Shown: piece after piece, positions 1-9,108 of the stretch
How the letters are laid out: every line of letters begins with the position of its first letter
How positions within the stretch are numbered: the stretch's first letter is position 1
Virus record (IMG/VR): IMGVR_UViG_3300032073_005220
Location: 32,001 to 96,000 of that record
Reading direction: 5' to 3' (one strand)
Length of the DNA: 64,000 nucleotides
Source of the DNA: a virus
Position numbers and translations under genes: made by a program
The notes under the pieces: generated by a model
Seen by the model: the letters and a program-made list of their open reading frames with translations, nothing else
What the model was told of the DNA's origin: nothing
Databases searched by the model: none

Positions 1-1
1 T

Positions 2-256
2 GGTACTATAGCTTATGCATTAAATGCTAAATACTATAACAAAATTTTAAATTCGTATTTCGGTGATATTGGCAAAAAATTTCCTGCATGTTGTGCCGAT
101 AATATTTTAAAAAATCTAAACAAACAAAATAAATCATATACTTTTGATCCTTATATGTGTGAGACACACGAAGGTATTAGTTTGATAGAAAATAGACACA
201 CATCATATCATAACTATATTCATGGAATATGGCAAATACACAGTCAAAGAATGTAG
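2..256 (+). CDS. Glycosyltransferase family 25-like, 3' fragment (5' end outside window)
   Basis: Manual translation of frame 2 (GTIAYALNAKYY...CADNILKNL...SYTFDPYMCETHEG...RM*) is collinear with the C-terminus of the next ORF; TAG at 254-256. Confidence 0.8.
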   Translation, partial: GTIAYALNAKYYNKILNSYFGDIGKKFPACCADNILKNLNKQNKSYTFDPYMCETHEGISLIENRHTSYHNYIHGIWQIHSQRM

Positions 257-264
257 GTAGTCAT

Positions 265-954
265 ATGCAAGACACATCTAGCCATCCAAGCCCTTTTAGT
301 TTTTTTGCTCACATTTACTGTATCTCTTTACCAAGATCAAAGGAAAGAAAACAATTTGCGTCTGAACACTTCAAGGAATTAGGTATAGAGAATAAAGTTA
401 AATGGATATTTGCAGAACCTCCGTATGGAGATTTTAGTAAAACCAACTTTAAAAAAGCTGGCATATTAGGAGCTTCTTTAAGTCACATGAGAGCCATATA
501 TGATTCAGTCTCTAATATGTATAGTAACTGTTTAATACTAGAAGATGACATTTTTTTTAGTGAAGATTATTTTAATAGAATGAATATTGGACTATCTGAA
601 TTGCCAGATGATTGGGATATTTTATATCTAGGAGGCAGTCCTAAAGACAAATTGATTCCAGTGTCTTCTGAGTTATCCAAGCCAGAAAATATGCTTGGAG
701 CAATAGCCTATGCAATAAATTTTGAACATCAAAAAAGAATTTTAAACCAATATTTCAAAAAGATTACATCTAACTTTCCAGAAAATTGCGCAGATAATAT
801 CATCAACGATTTGAATAATTCATGCAATAGTTATACATTCGATCCTTATGTATGTGAAACCCACAATGGGTATAGCGAAGTACAAAACGCACACAGAGCA
901 TGGCAGCAGCATATTCGTGGTTATTGGGAAAAGGCCAGTACAAGATATGAATAA
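265..954 (+). CDS. Glycosyltransferase family 25 (LPS-type)
   Basis: IYCISL..S.ER, GASLSH, LILEDD, WDILYLG, AYAI motifs; start moved to ATG 265, after the upstream stop. Confidence 0.8.
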   Translation: MQDTSSHPSPFSFFAHIYCISLPRSKERKQFASEHFKELGIENKVKWIFAEPPYGDFSKTNFKKAGILGASLSHMRAIYDSVSNMYSNCLILEDDIFFSEDYFNRMNIGLSELPDDWDILYLGGSPKDKLIPVSSELSKPENMLGAIAYAINFEHQKRILNQYFKKITSNFPENCADNIINDLNNSCNSYTFDPYVCETHNGYSEVQNAHRAWQQHIRGYWEKASTRYE

Positions 955-1510
955 AGAAATATTATTATCGAACATAGTAGAACATAAAAATATCGCAATA
1001 GTCGGTAATGCATTGTCTTTATTTAATAAAAATTATGGGCCTGAAATAGATAGTTGCAATATTGTATGTAGAATTAATGCAGGAGGTCTCATAATAGACA
1101 CAAAACAACAAGGAAGCAAAACTGATATATGGGCATATAATACTTTTGGGCTAATTACTGATAGTGTTTATTATAAAGGAGATATATTCTTTATACATCT
1201 GTGGAGGTCTCGAAGACAAACAAAAGAAAGTAAAATATTCACCGATTATTTTTATAGTATACATATGTTAGATCTTTTAATTAATAAACTAAACAGCAAT
1301 AATCCTAGTAGCGGATTAATGTTGATTGATCTTCTTTGTTATTTTAAACCTAAGTCTATTAAATTATTTGGTTTTGATTGGAATGAAACGCCGACATACT
1401 ATCATGACAATAACAAGCGGTGTCATAAGTATCCTCATAATTTTGAATTAGAAAGACGGTTTATACAAAACAATTACATTGCAAAAAACTTAGTAACAGT
1501 AATGGAGTAG
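947..1510 (+). CDS. GT29 (sialyltransferase)-like glycosyltransferase
   Basis: IAIVGNA..L....G.EIDS..IVCRIN (sialylmotif L-like), G.KTDI, PSSGLM, LFGFD, HNFELE; start at ATG 947 overlapping the upstream stop. Confidence 0.7.
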   Translation: MNKEILLSNIVEHKNIAIVGNALSLFNKNYGPEIDSCNIVCRINAGGLIIDTKQQGSKTDIWAYNTFGLITDSVYYKGDIFFIHLWRSRRQTKESKIFTDYFYSIHMLDLLINKLNSNNPSSGLMLIDLLCYFKPKSIKLFGFDWNETPTYYHDNNKRCHKYPHNFELERRFIQNNYIAKNLVTVME

Positions 1511-1513
1511 ATT

Positions 1514-1834
1514 ATGAATTTATTATCTATATTTAGAAAAGAAGTAAGATATGCCGTCAGATCGCCGGGATGGTCTGCACTACGAAAGAAACATATAGAA
1601 AAACAACCATGTTGTCAGGCATGTGGGTCTTGTAAAAGACCGGAAGTGCATCATATTGTGCCGGTTCATCTAGACCCATCAAAAGAGCTAGACCCTGATA
1701 ATCTTATAACTTTATGCGATAAATACTGTCATTTCCTTTTCGGCCATTTAATGAATTATAAAAGCTGGAATACTAATGTTATAGAAGATTCTAAGGTGTA
1801 TTATAATAAGGTTAAAAATAAACCCTTCAAATAA
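1514..1834 (+). CDS. HNH endonuclease
   Basis: CQACG...EVHHIVP...NLITLC...CH..FGH. Confidence 0.85.
   Translation: MNLLSIFRKEVRYAVRSPGWSALRKKHIEKQPCCQACGSCKRPEVHHIVPVHLDPSKELDPDNLITLCDKYCHFLFGHLMNYKSWNTNVIEDSKVYYNKVKNKPFK
1795..1810 (+). promoter_or_regulatory. GGTGTA-AT-rich motif (putative phage promoter)
   Basis: GGTGTATTATAATA about 55 nt upstream of the protease gene; same motif recurs in several intergenic gaps. Confidence 0.5.
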
Positions 1835-1853
1835 TAATGAAAGGGGTATTGAG

Positions 1854-2636
1854 ATGAAATACCTTATTGTAGCAATACTATTGCTTTTGCCTATTCAGGC
1901 TTATTGCGGAACTATTGACCCTACCGTTTCTGACGCTAAATATTTAGAGTACGGAGAGAAATATGAGTGTGTTTTACCCATATTAGGAGTCATGAATAAT
2001 GATTTAAATGCGCAGTTTAGGGGGTCTTGCGTAGTCATAGATGAATATCACATACTAACTGCTGCTCATGTTGTACACAATTCCATAACTCAGCATGTAA
2101 TATATAAAAATGAAGCATATCCTTGCTCAATCGTAGCTGTTCACGGAGATTATAAGTCCGGTGTTATGGGCAAAAACGATATTGCTATAGCTAGATTGCA
2201 AAGACCAATAAAATTAGACTTTTATCCCGAATTGTATAAAGACAGAGACGAAGTTGATAAAGTCTGCGGCCTTTCTGGGTTCGGTCATCACGGAGATTTT
2301 AATAGTGGATGGATTATGAGTACTTTTGATAATCAAAGAAGGGCTGGATCGAATATTATTGACGGAGTAAGCAAGAATGTATTACAGTACTCTGTACACT
2401 CAGGAGATAAAACAGAATTAGAGTTTTTAATATGTCCGGGAGATAGCGGAGGAGGTTTATTTATAGATAAAAAATTAGCAGGTATACACTCTTATGTTTC
2501 TGCCACTGATGGTAAGGGAGATTCTGATTATGGAGATATTGGTTGTAGCACAAGAGTAAGTGATTATGTAGAGTGGATAGAAAAAGTTAAAACAGTGCTT
2601 AGTGAAGCTATAAAAGCAGCCAAAGCAGCACAATGA
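1854..2636 (+). CDS. Trypsin-like serine protease (S1) with signal peptide
   Basis: Triad motifs LTAAH, NDIA, GDSGG; N-terminal MKYLIVAILLLLPIQAYC. Confidence 0.9.
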   Translation: MKYLIVAILLLLPIQAYCGTIDPTVSDAKYLEYGEKYECVLPILGVMNNDLNAQFRGSCVVIDEYHILTAAHVVHNSITQHVIYKNEAYPCSIVAVHGDYKSGVMGKNDIAIARLQRPIKLDFYPELYKDRDEVDKVCGLSGFGHHGDFNSGWIMSTFDNQRRAGSNIIDGVSKNVLQYSVHSGDKTELEFLICPGDSGGGLFIDKKLAGIHSYVSATDGKGDSDYGDIGCSTRVSDYVEWIEKVKTVLSEAIKAAKAAQ

Positions 2637-2637
2637 T

Positions 2638-3237
2638 TTACGAAATTCTTTCCATCAGACCATAACACTGTATAAATTTACATCTATTCATATAGATTTG
2701 ACGAAGCATATACAATTTTTCCCATTGAGAGTTGTGAAACTTAGTGGATATCTTAGAATTGAATCCAACTAATATTATCTCGTCACGATAATTTTTAATA
2801 TCCATAAAGTATTCGTATGCTATCATTCCAGTACTTATGTTTTTACCAGATGGATAACCTATCTTATTTCTTATGCTTGTTTTATTTGAATCTAGAATTC
2901 CTAGCTTATCATCATCAAAACGATATTTGTCTATTTCTCTTTGATAAAATCTTTTTGAAATTTCAGACATATAAGAAGGATGTGTATGGAAATATATCTT
3001 TTTAAATAATTCTTGATCCTGTTTTAATTGCTTTATATTTGCGTATGCTTCTTTACCGTGTTTTCTCTCTGCTGTTTTCCTGGATATACAGATTTTATTA
3101 TCATAGTCAAGCACTTCTTGGAACCTCAGAGGCCATAGATAATTAAATAAAACTAGTAAGTTTTCTCCGTCTAATTCTAATTTATCAATAGACTGTTGTG
3201 TAATGTCTGTGTTATTAGCTATAATGTAATATTTCAT
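2638..3237 (-). CDS. Divergent GT29-like protein
   Basis: YYIIANN, LVLFN, STGMIAY, IILVGF, H...WEK resemble the 947 ORF; start at ATGA overlap 3237. Confidence 0.45.
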   Translation of the reverse strand: MKYYIIANNTDITQQSIDKLELDGENLLVLFNYLWPLRFQEVLDYDNKICISRKTAERKHGKEAYANIKQLKQDQELFKKIYFHTHPSYMSEISKRFYQREIDKYRFDDDKLGILDSNKTSIRNKIGYPSGKNISTGMIAYEYFMDIKNYRDEIILVGFNSKISTKFHNSQWEKLYMLRQIYMNRCKFIQCYGLMERIS

Positions 3238-3845
3238 GAATGACACGCCCAATTAGTTTCGTGAGGCTTAGGTTTTCCGTGATAACATATAACACTGGCT
3301 TCTTTTGGCTCTTTGTTTTTACAGTGCAGCTTAAAAGAAACCACAGAATTTGCTTTGAGTTTTTGAAAGAGTAAAAGTACAGGACTAAGAATAGGAGCTA
3401 TAAAATCCTGATCTCCTCTAAAATTTTCCATCCAATGCGAAGGATCTTTGATCCATTTATTCCAAACAATTCCTCTATATTTTTCTGGAAGCCACATAAC
3501 ACCAGACCCTATATCTGTGTGAAACGGAGCAATCATAATCGGAAAAGGATTATTAAAACACATGTCGTATATATCTTGTAAGTTATTACAAATAACTGTG
3601 TCTAAATCAAAATACAAAATATCTCCTTTGATGTCCGGCCTAAATAATTCCATTTTAGACCACCATCCAGGCCAGTTATATTTTAATGGCGTAGTAGTGT
3701 CTGGGTTATTGGATAAGCAAACGAAATTAATTTCTATATTATCTGGTGTGTGTTTTTCTATACCTGCTTGTAATCTTTTTATATATTCTATGTTGTATAC
3801 ATTGCTGGGTTCTTTTAATACGAAATAAATAATTATGTTCTTCAT
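3234..3845 (-). CDS. GT8-like (GT-A fold) glycosyltransferase
   Basis: GWWSKMELF, YFDLD (DxD), GDQDFI, CYHGKPKPH; start at ATGA overlap 3845. Confidence 0.75.
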   Translation of the reverse strand: MKNIIIYFVLKEPSNVYNIEYIKRLQAGIEKHTPDNIEINFVCLSNNPDTTTPLKYNWPGWWSKMELFRPDIKGDILYFDLDTVICNNLQDIYDMCFNNPFPIMIAPFHTDIGSGVMWLPEKYRGIVWNKWIKDPSHWMENFRGDQDFIAPILSPVLLLFQKLKANSVVSFKLHCKNKEPKEASVICYHGKPKPHETNWACHS

Positions 3846-4192
3846 GTGTCTATACTTTTCCCGCAGCTCTCTCTGATAATATCTTCCCCGTCTAATTCTA
3901 CAAAATACATTTCTAAAGCCAATGTATCTTCTAAAGCAGAAAACCTGTGTAGTAATCCTGGAGTTACACAAGTACTCTGTCCATCAGTTATTATAGTTTG
4001 ATCAACTAGGTCATAATCCTTCTGCCAAACTTCTATTTTAAGCTTTCCTTTTTCTACATAAAATACATTGTGCTTATGCAGGTGATAATGTTTTGAGCAC
4101 ATATAGCCTTTATTCACTTCTATACGATGCACAGCAACATTATTTTTATCAAACAGACATTCTGTATTACCCCAAATTTTTCCTTGTATCAT
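3842..4192 (-). CDS. Cupin (sugar isomerase-like)
   Basis: KIWG, CSKHYH..K...FYV..G, PG..HRF. Confidence 0.75.
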   Translation of the reverse strand: MIQGKIWGNTECLFDKNNVAVHRIEVNKGYMCSKHYHLHKHNVFYVEKGKLKIEVWQKDYDLVDQTIITDGQSTCVTPGLLHRFSALEDTLALEMYFVELDGEDIIRESCGKSIDT

Positions 4193-4205
4193 ATTGTCAA
4201 CCTTT

Positions 4206-4222
4206 AGTGTATACTAATTATA
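4206..4222 (+). promoter_or_regulatory. GTGTA-AT-rich motif variant (putative phage promoter)
   Basis: AGTGTATACTAATTATA upstream of the AAGGAG RBS and subtilisin gene. Confidence 0.4.
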
Positions 4223-4253
4223 ACTACATTATAATGACCAAAGGAGATAACTA

Positions 4254-5177
4254 ATGTTTTTTAGCCGCAAAGATTCTTTTCTTTTTCCTTATGTAAAAGA
4301 AGACATATATTCAAATTTCGCAAATCGTCAAGAAGTTCCTTGGTCAATAGGACAATATAATATACCCCGTTTATGGGGCAAATATACCGGAAGAAATGTA
4401 GTAGTTGCTGTCATTGATAGTGGTTGTCAGCTAGATCATCCAGATTTAAAGGAGAACTACATAGAAGGCTATAATACCATAAATAAGAATAAAGATCCTA
4501 TGGACGAAAATGGTCACGGTACTCATGTCGCTGGTACAATAGCAGCTATGAATAATCATCAGGGGGTTGTTGGAGTAGCGCCTGATACAAAAATTATGCC
4601 TATTAAAGTATTTGATAAAAGCGGCTCAGGATCAACAGCTAACGTGGCTAGTGCTGTAGAGTGGGCTGGTAAAAATGGAGCAGATATTATTTGTATGTCT
4701 TTAGGGTCAAAACATGGTAGTAGACATTTAGAAAAAGCAATTACGGGAGCATTAAACAGAGGCGCTGTGTGTTTCTGTGCTGCTGGTAATTCTGGAGAAA
4801 AAACTGACATACTTTATCCAGCCAAATTTGAGTTAACCGTTAGCACAGGAGCTATAGATATAAATCAAAATAGAACACTATTTAGTTGTAGTGGAGAAGA
4901 GTTAGACTTTTTAGCGCCCGGAGCAGATATATTAAGTACTATGATGAATGGTCGTTACGCTGTTATGAGTGGTACTAGCATGGCAAACCCATACGTGGTT
5001 GGGTGTGCGGCATTACTTTGTGAGTGGGCTAAGAAGCACAGAATTAAATTAACAACAGCCGATGATTATATTGGGCATCTCAAAAAGTATACTACGTCTT
5101 TAAAAAATGCAAAGTATAAAAATAATAAATCTTATGAGGGTAATGGAATATTAGACCCAAGAAAATTTAATTTTTAG
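4254..5177 (+). CDS. Subtilisin-family (S8) serine protease, intracellular (ISP) type
   Basis: VIDSG, GHGTHVAG, AAGN, GTSMA; no signal peptide; N-terminal LFPYV resembles the ISP LIPY motif. Confidence 0.92.
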   Translation: MFFSRKDSFLFPYVKEDIYSNFANRQEVPWSIGQYNIPRLWGKYTGRNVVVAVIDSGCQLDHPDLKENYIEGYNTINKNKDPMDENGHGTHVAGTIAAMNNHQGVVGVAPDTKIMPIKVFDKSGSGSTANVASAVEWAGKNGADIICMSLGSKHGSRHLEKAITGALNRGAVCFCAAGNSGEKTDILYPAKFELTVSTGAIDINQNRTLFSCSGEELDFLAPGADILSTMMNGRYAVMSGTSMANPYVVGCAALLCEWAKKHRIKLTTADDYIGHLKKYTTSLKNAKYKNNKSYEGNGILDPRKFNF

Positions 5178-5481
5178 TTTTCTCTTGATTTTTATAGTAA
5201 GAAAAATATGGTGTTTGTTGAGGGTCAACACCCAACCACTGTAATACCATAACGGCTATTCGTCGTTCTTTCTGTATTTCTCGATACTCAGATCTATCAG
5301 CGTCATAAACATCATTGTATATTGTCTGATGCTGATATTGTACTTGATTATGAGTAGTCAAGCGACTTCCGTTGTTAGCGAAGTTCATGAATCTGCCCAT
5401 ACTATTACCAACCATTTGTTGAGCAAAAACATTACTCGAACAACAAATTACAAAAACTGTTAATAAAATTTTTCTAAACAT
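5167..5481 (-). CDS. Hypothetical secreted protein
   Basis: Signal-peptide-like MFRKILLTVFVICCSSNVFA; own sigma70-like promoter upstream. Confidence 0.55.
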   Translation of the reverse strand: MFRKILLTVFVICCSSNVFAQQMVGNSMGRFMNFANNGSRLTTHNQVQYQHQTIYNDVYDADRSEYREIQKERRIAVMVLQWLGVDPQQTPYFSYYKNQEKTKN

Positions 5482-5514
5482 AGCCAATCTTTCTTTTGAA
5501 GTATATAACTATTT

Positions 5515-5543
5515 ATAGTAACCTACCTCTGTGATTCGAGCAA
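5515..5543 (-). promoter_or_regulatory. Sigma70-type promoter TTGCTC-17-TACTAT
   Basis: Reverse complement of gagcaa (5538-43) and atagta (5515-20), 17 bp spacer. Confidence 0.5.
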
Positions 5544-5549
5544 GGTCGT

Positions 5550-6500
5550 TTATGCTTGGAAATTATTCTTAAAAAGTTTGTAAAAACATTTCTCATTTTC
5601 ATCTATGTCGTAGTAAGCAGGATCTCCTTTTATATCATGCCACCACTGAGAGAAGTAGAACTTATTGTATAAATGTGGATGTTTTAAAGCCACACACGAA
5701 AGCAATTCTTCTTCTAGAGTAACAACATCATTATCTAGACATATCTGTAGTCCTTCATCGAAATCTTTATGTACAGAGTTTATAGAATTAGGATCTCCTC
5801 CAAATAAACCTCCTACTATATAATCTATATGTTTATGTCCTAGAGGTGCTATTAACTCTTTAATTCTAGGTCTTATAGGCATTTCTTCTTTTATTATTGT
5901 TAGAAATTTTTCTTTATAATTAGATAGAAACTTACCCATGTTAGGAGTAAAAATACTAGATTTATTTTCTGGATAATACAACTCAGGTCTGTTCTCTTGT
6001 TTGCTGAATTTTTCTCTGCCTCCAAATTTTTCAGGGAAAATACCGTGGTGAAATAACCCACCGTCTATCCAAAAAAAACTATTAGAGTTGTAAGTGTTAG
6101 TATTAACCGCTTCGTTTAACCAGTAAAGCTTAGATAGACACAGAGTATGATTTCTGTCATTATATGTGTAAGGAATATCTGATTTTAATCTATCTTCAAA
6201 AAACCATCCAGAATTTCTTTTTATCTCTAATATTCTAGAGCCATATTGAAAATCATTAAGATTTTGTATTATAATCTTATAATCGCCAGATCGGTGTTTC
6301 CTCATAAACTTATCTAATTTGCCAAAGACTTTTTCGTGCGTATATATAATAATAGGTAAATCTAATTTTAATATATTTAAGAAAGGAGGTGAATAAAAAT
6401 CAAAACACCACCCTCTCCCTCCTATAATTTCATCGTAGCTGTGGTGGTATAATGCTGTAACTAAAGTAGCTTTACTTTCTGTTGTTTTTACAGTATCCAT
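5550..6500 (-). CDS. HtrL/WlaTC (YibB) family glycosyltransferase-like protein
   Basis: TLVTALY, SKLYWL, FFWIDGGL, GGLFGG, EE motifs. Confidence 0.7.
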   Translation of the reverse strand: MDTVKTTESKATLVTALYHHSYDEIIGGRGWCFDFYSPPFLNILKLDLPIIIYTHEKVFGKLDKFMRKHRSGDYKIIIQNLNDFQYGSRILEIKRNSGWFFEDRLKSDIPYTYNDRNHTLCLSKLYWLNEAVNTNTYNSNSFFWIDGGLFHHGIFPEKFGGREKFSKQENRPELYYPENKSSIFTPNMGKFLSNYKEKFLTIIKEEMPIRPRIKELIAPLGHKHIDYIVGGLFGGDPNSINSVHKDFDEGLQICLDNDVVTLEEELLSCVALKHPHLYNKFYFSQWWHDIKGDPAYYDIDENEKCFYKLFKNNFQA

Positions 6501-7191
6501 AATTCATTAACCTTACAGGTAGACTCTGATTAATATATAAACGCCAATTGTATGTCATAAGATAATGATTATCTATAACTTGTCCACGATTGATTGTTGA
6601 AGGATCAGCAATTTGAGTTACAATAGGAAGATTTCCGCAAAAACAATTAAAATTTGGATAGATATAATCATTAAAAAATGCATCTATAGCATTCATCATT
6701 CCGTCATTATTCCACTTATTAAAAACTAAGGGCCATTTTAAAACTTCTTGAAGAATAGATTTTTTATATATTACAGCACTGACTCCATATATTTTTGTGT
6801 GTTTTTCTTGTTTAGGCGGTAAGTCTCTTAGACTAATTAAACAATCTTCTCTATCCATCTTTAATGGCCTGTGTATACTAGGAGCTAAATGAAACATGTC
6901 CCATTCAACATTATCTAAAGCCTTTAAGCAATCTTGTAAATGTTGTTTTGCGTGAGGCATAAAAAATATATCATCTTCACATACAAGTAAATAATCCAAA
7001 TCTTTTTCTATTCCTAATAATGCAACAGCCATATGACTTTTGGCACAGCCTATGTAACCACCTGTGTCAATTCCTGGAAATCTAATATAGTCCCATTTCA
7101 TATATTCAAATTCTTTTACTATATGATTCCATCTGTCTGGTCTATTGTCTAGATTGATAATAAATTTATTAATGTTGTTAATATCAATCAT
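6472..7191 (-). CDS. Glycosyltransferase family 25
   Basis: IINLDNRPDRW, GCAKSH, VCEDD, WDMFHL; start ATG 7191. Confidence 0.8.
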   Translation of the reverse strand: MIDINNINKFIINLDNRPDRWNHIVKEFEYMKWDYIRFPGIDTGGYIGCAKSHMAVALLGIEKDLDYLLVCEDDIFFMPHAKQHLQDCLKALDNVEWDMFHLAPSIHRPLKMDREDCLISLRDLPPKQEKHTKIYGVSAVIYKKSILQEVLKWPLVFNKWNNDGMMNAIDAFFNDYIYPNFNCFCGNLPIVTQIADPSTINRGQVIDNHYLMTYNWRLYINQSLPVRLMNYGYCKNNRK

Positions 7192-7192
7192 T

Positions 7193-8464
7193 TTAAAGCA
7201 ATCCTGTAATCGGAGCAGCCCAGCCTTGAGATTCACTATGGGCCCATACTATCCAACTGTTTGGTTTAATCTCCGTCTGGAACTCCCTCCATACTTTACA
7301 GTAACCGTCAGGATCTGTTTTCATTCTATGAATTTCGTCTTTGTTGGCATCTTGCCTGTATATGTCGTTGCCTTTTTCGTCTTTGAAAGCCACACACCAA
7401 AAATCGTAATCTTGCAAAGGAACCTGCTCGAAAGAGATGTCAATACAGTGTCTGAATATGGATAAAAGACAACCATAAAACTCTTCGTCTGATACGTCAT
7501 TATTTATATTGGGAGCTACTTTATCTTTGGTCTGAGGACTTATAGCTCTTTTCTTGAAACACAACCCAGCGTATTTTTCATACTCTAAAAGAGTTCTCTC
7601 TGTACCAAATCCATACTCTAAAAAATCTTCATCCTGTTTTTCTCCGTCCATGCCAAAAAGTTTTCTGTTTCTTAGATGAGACCTGTCGTTTGTTACATGC
7701 CAATTATAATGATCATCCCAATGTTTGGTTCTTCCTTTTCTTGTATATTCATGCCAACATATAACTTGGTTGGGATGAAATAAATCGTATCCATGAGTAA
7801 AAGCTCTAGCGGCAATACTAATTTCTTCTCCGTGAAAATACATATTGGGGTCATGTCTAACTTCTTTAGCAAAGGAACCTAAAGAAAAAGCAAAATGAGC
7901 ACTATAAAATCTAGCTGGCAAAGGCTTACTAGAATCGTCATAGGAATCAAATGTGGCAGGAAGGAAGAACACAGCGCCTTCCGGAATAAATCTATCAAAA
8001 TTCATTTTCCAAGGTAGGTTAACCCTGCTTCCTGGATCGTTATCTGGATCAAAACTAGGTATATAAGCTGTTATCAAAGGTTTTTTATATCCATCTTTCT
8101 GCAAGCCTTTAAGCATATCTTTCAGCTTGGTGTCCCAATCCTTAACAAATCTATGATGACTATCTAGTTGTAAAGTATAATCTTCATTATCATACAAAGA
8201 CTGAACCGCATTTCTTGCCCAGCACACCCCTTTGGCTTTTTTGTAGTCAATCTCTATAATCTTAACTCTTTTGTCATCTTTATATTCGTCTAAATTATCC
8301 CATTCGTCATCGACACATCTTTGCCAAGCGATACCGACATTAATATCCTCTGGATGGTCAGCATTAGCAAACATATCTCTGAGTGTCGGCAATAGTTGGG
8401 GGTCTCTATAAGAAGCTATCTGTATAAATATTTTTTCTGGTTTATTTTTATTGGCATTGCTCAT
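7193..8464 (-). CDS. GT60 / Skp1-type polypeptide GlcNAc transferase-like
   Basis: IFIQIASYRDP, GVCWAR, LQLDSHHRF..WD, SAHFAF, FHGEE motifs. Confidence 0.8.
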   Translation of the reverse strand: MSNANKNKPEKIFIQIASYRDPQLLPTLRDMFANADHPEDINVGIAWQRCVDDEWDNLDEYKDDKRVKIIEIDYKKAKGVCWARNAVQSLYDNEDYTLQLDSHHRFVKDWDTKLKDMLKGLQKDGYKKPLITAYIPSFDPDNDPGSRVNLPWKMNFDRFIPEGAVFFLPATFDSYDDSSKPLPARFYSAHFAFSLGSFAKEVRHDPNMYFHGEEISIAARAFTHGYDLFHPNQVICWHEYTRKGRTKHWDDHYNWHVTNDRSHLRNRKLFGMDGEKQDEDFLEYGFGTERTLLEYEKYAGLCFKKRAISPQTKDKVAPNINNDVSDEEFYGCLLSIFRHCIDISFEQVPLQDYDFWCVAFKDEKGNDIYRQDANKDEIHRMKTDPDGYCKVWREFQTEIKPNSWIVWAHSESQGWAAPITGLL

Positions 8465-8499
8465 GATTACTATGTCCTGTATATCCTTTTAAATTTAGG

Positions 8500-9108
8500 T
8501 TATAGCTCTATAATAGCTCTATTAGAATAATTAGCTAGAAAATCTTTGTCTTCTTCTGTGATGTCTAAAGTGTAGATAGGTACGTATGAATTTGCCCTCT
8601 TCTTTTTTATATAAATACCATAATCGTATCTTAAACAATATAGGTCAAAATCTCTATATAGACTTAAGAATTTTTCATTATTGAGATCAGATTGTATATG
8701 AATCTCATATTGATTGCCAAATTGAGCATCTTGTTCAGCATTAAAAGGTACTCCTACAATAATATCTTCACAACTGTTGTTAAATTTATCTAAAGTATTT
8801 ATAGCATCAACATAAGATATATGCTCTATTACATCTCCAAAAATTGCTAATTGATATTTTGTTAAATCTATATCTAATGAAATAACATTTTTGTTAAAAA
8901 TATTTCTATACTTATCTTTTAAATTAAACTTAGATATATATTTTTCAAATACTTCTACGGCATCTATGTTTCTGTATCCTAATGGATACAACGTATCGTA
9001 ATAAGTACCAGCACCAGCACCAATATCAATGATATTAGATTCAGTATTAATATATTTACAAATATATTCTATTGTTTGTTCTTTAAATATTGATGTGCTA
9101 GTAGGCAT
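8500..9108 (-). CDS. Class I SAM-dependent methyltransferase
   Basis: IIDIGAGAG, DAVE, FGDVIEH. Confidence 0.8.
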   Translation of the reverse strand: MPTSTSIFKEQTIEYICKYINTESNIIDIGAGAGTYYDTLYPLGYRNIDAVEVFEKYISKFNLKDKYRNIFNKNVISLDIDLTKYQLAIFGDVIEHISYVDAINTLDKFNNSCEDIIVGVPFNAEQDAQFGNQYEIHIQSDLNNEKFLSLYRDFDLYCLRYDYGIYIKKKRANSYVPIYTLDITEEDKDFLANYSNRAIIEL

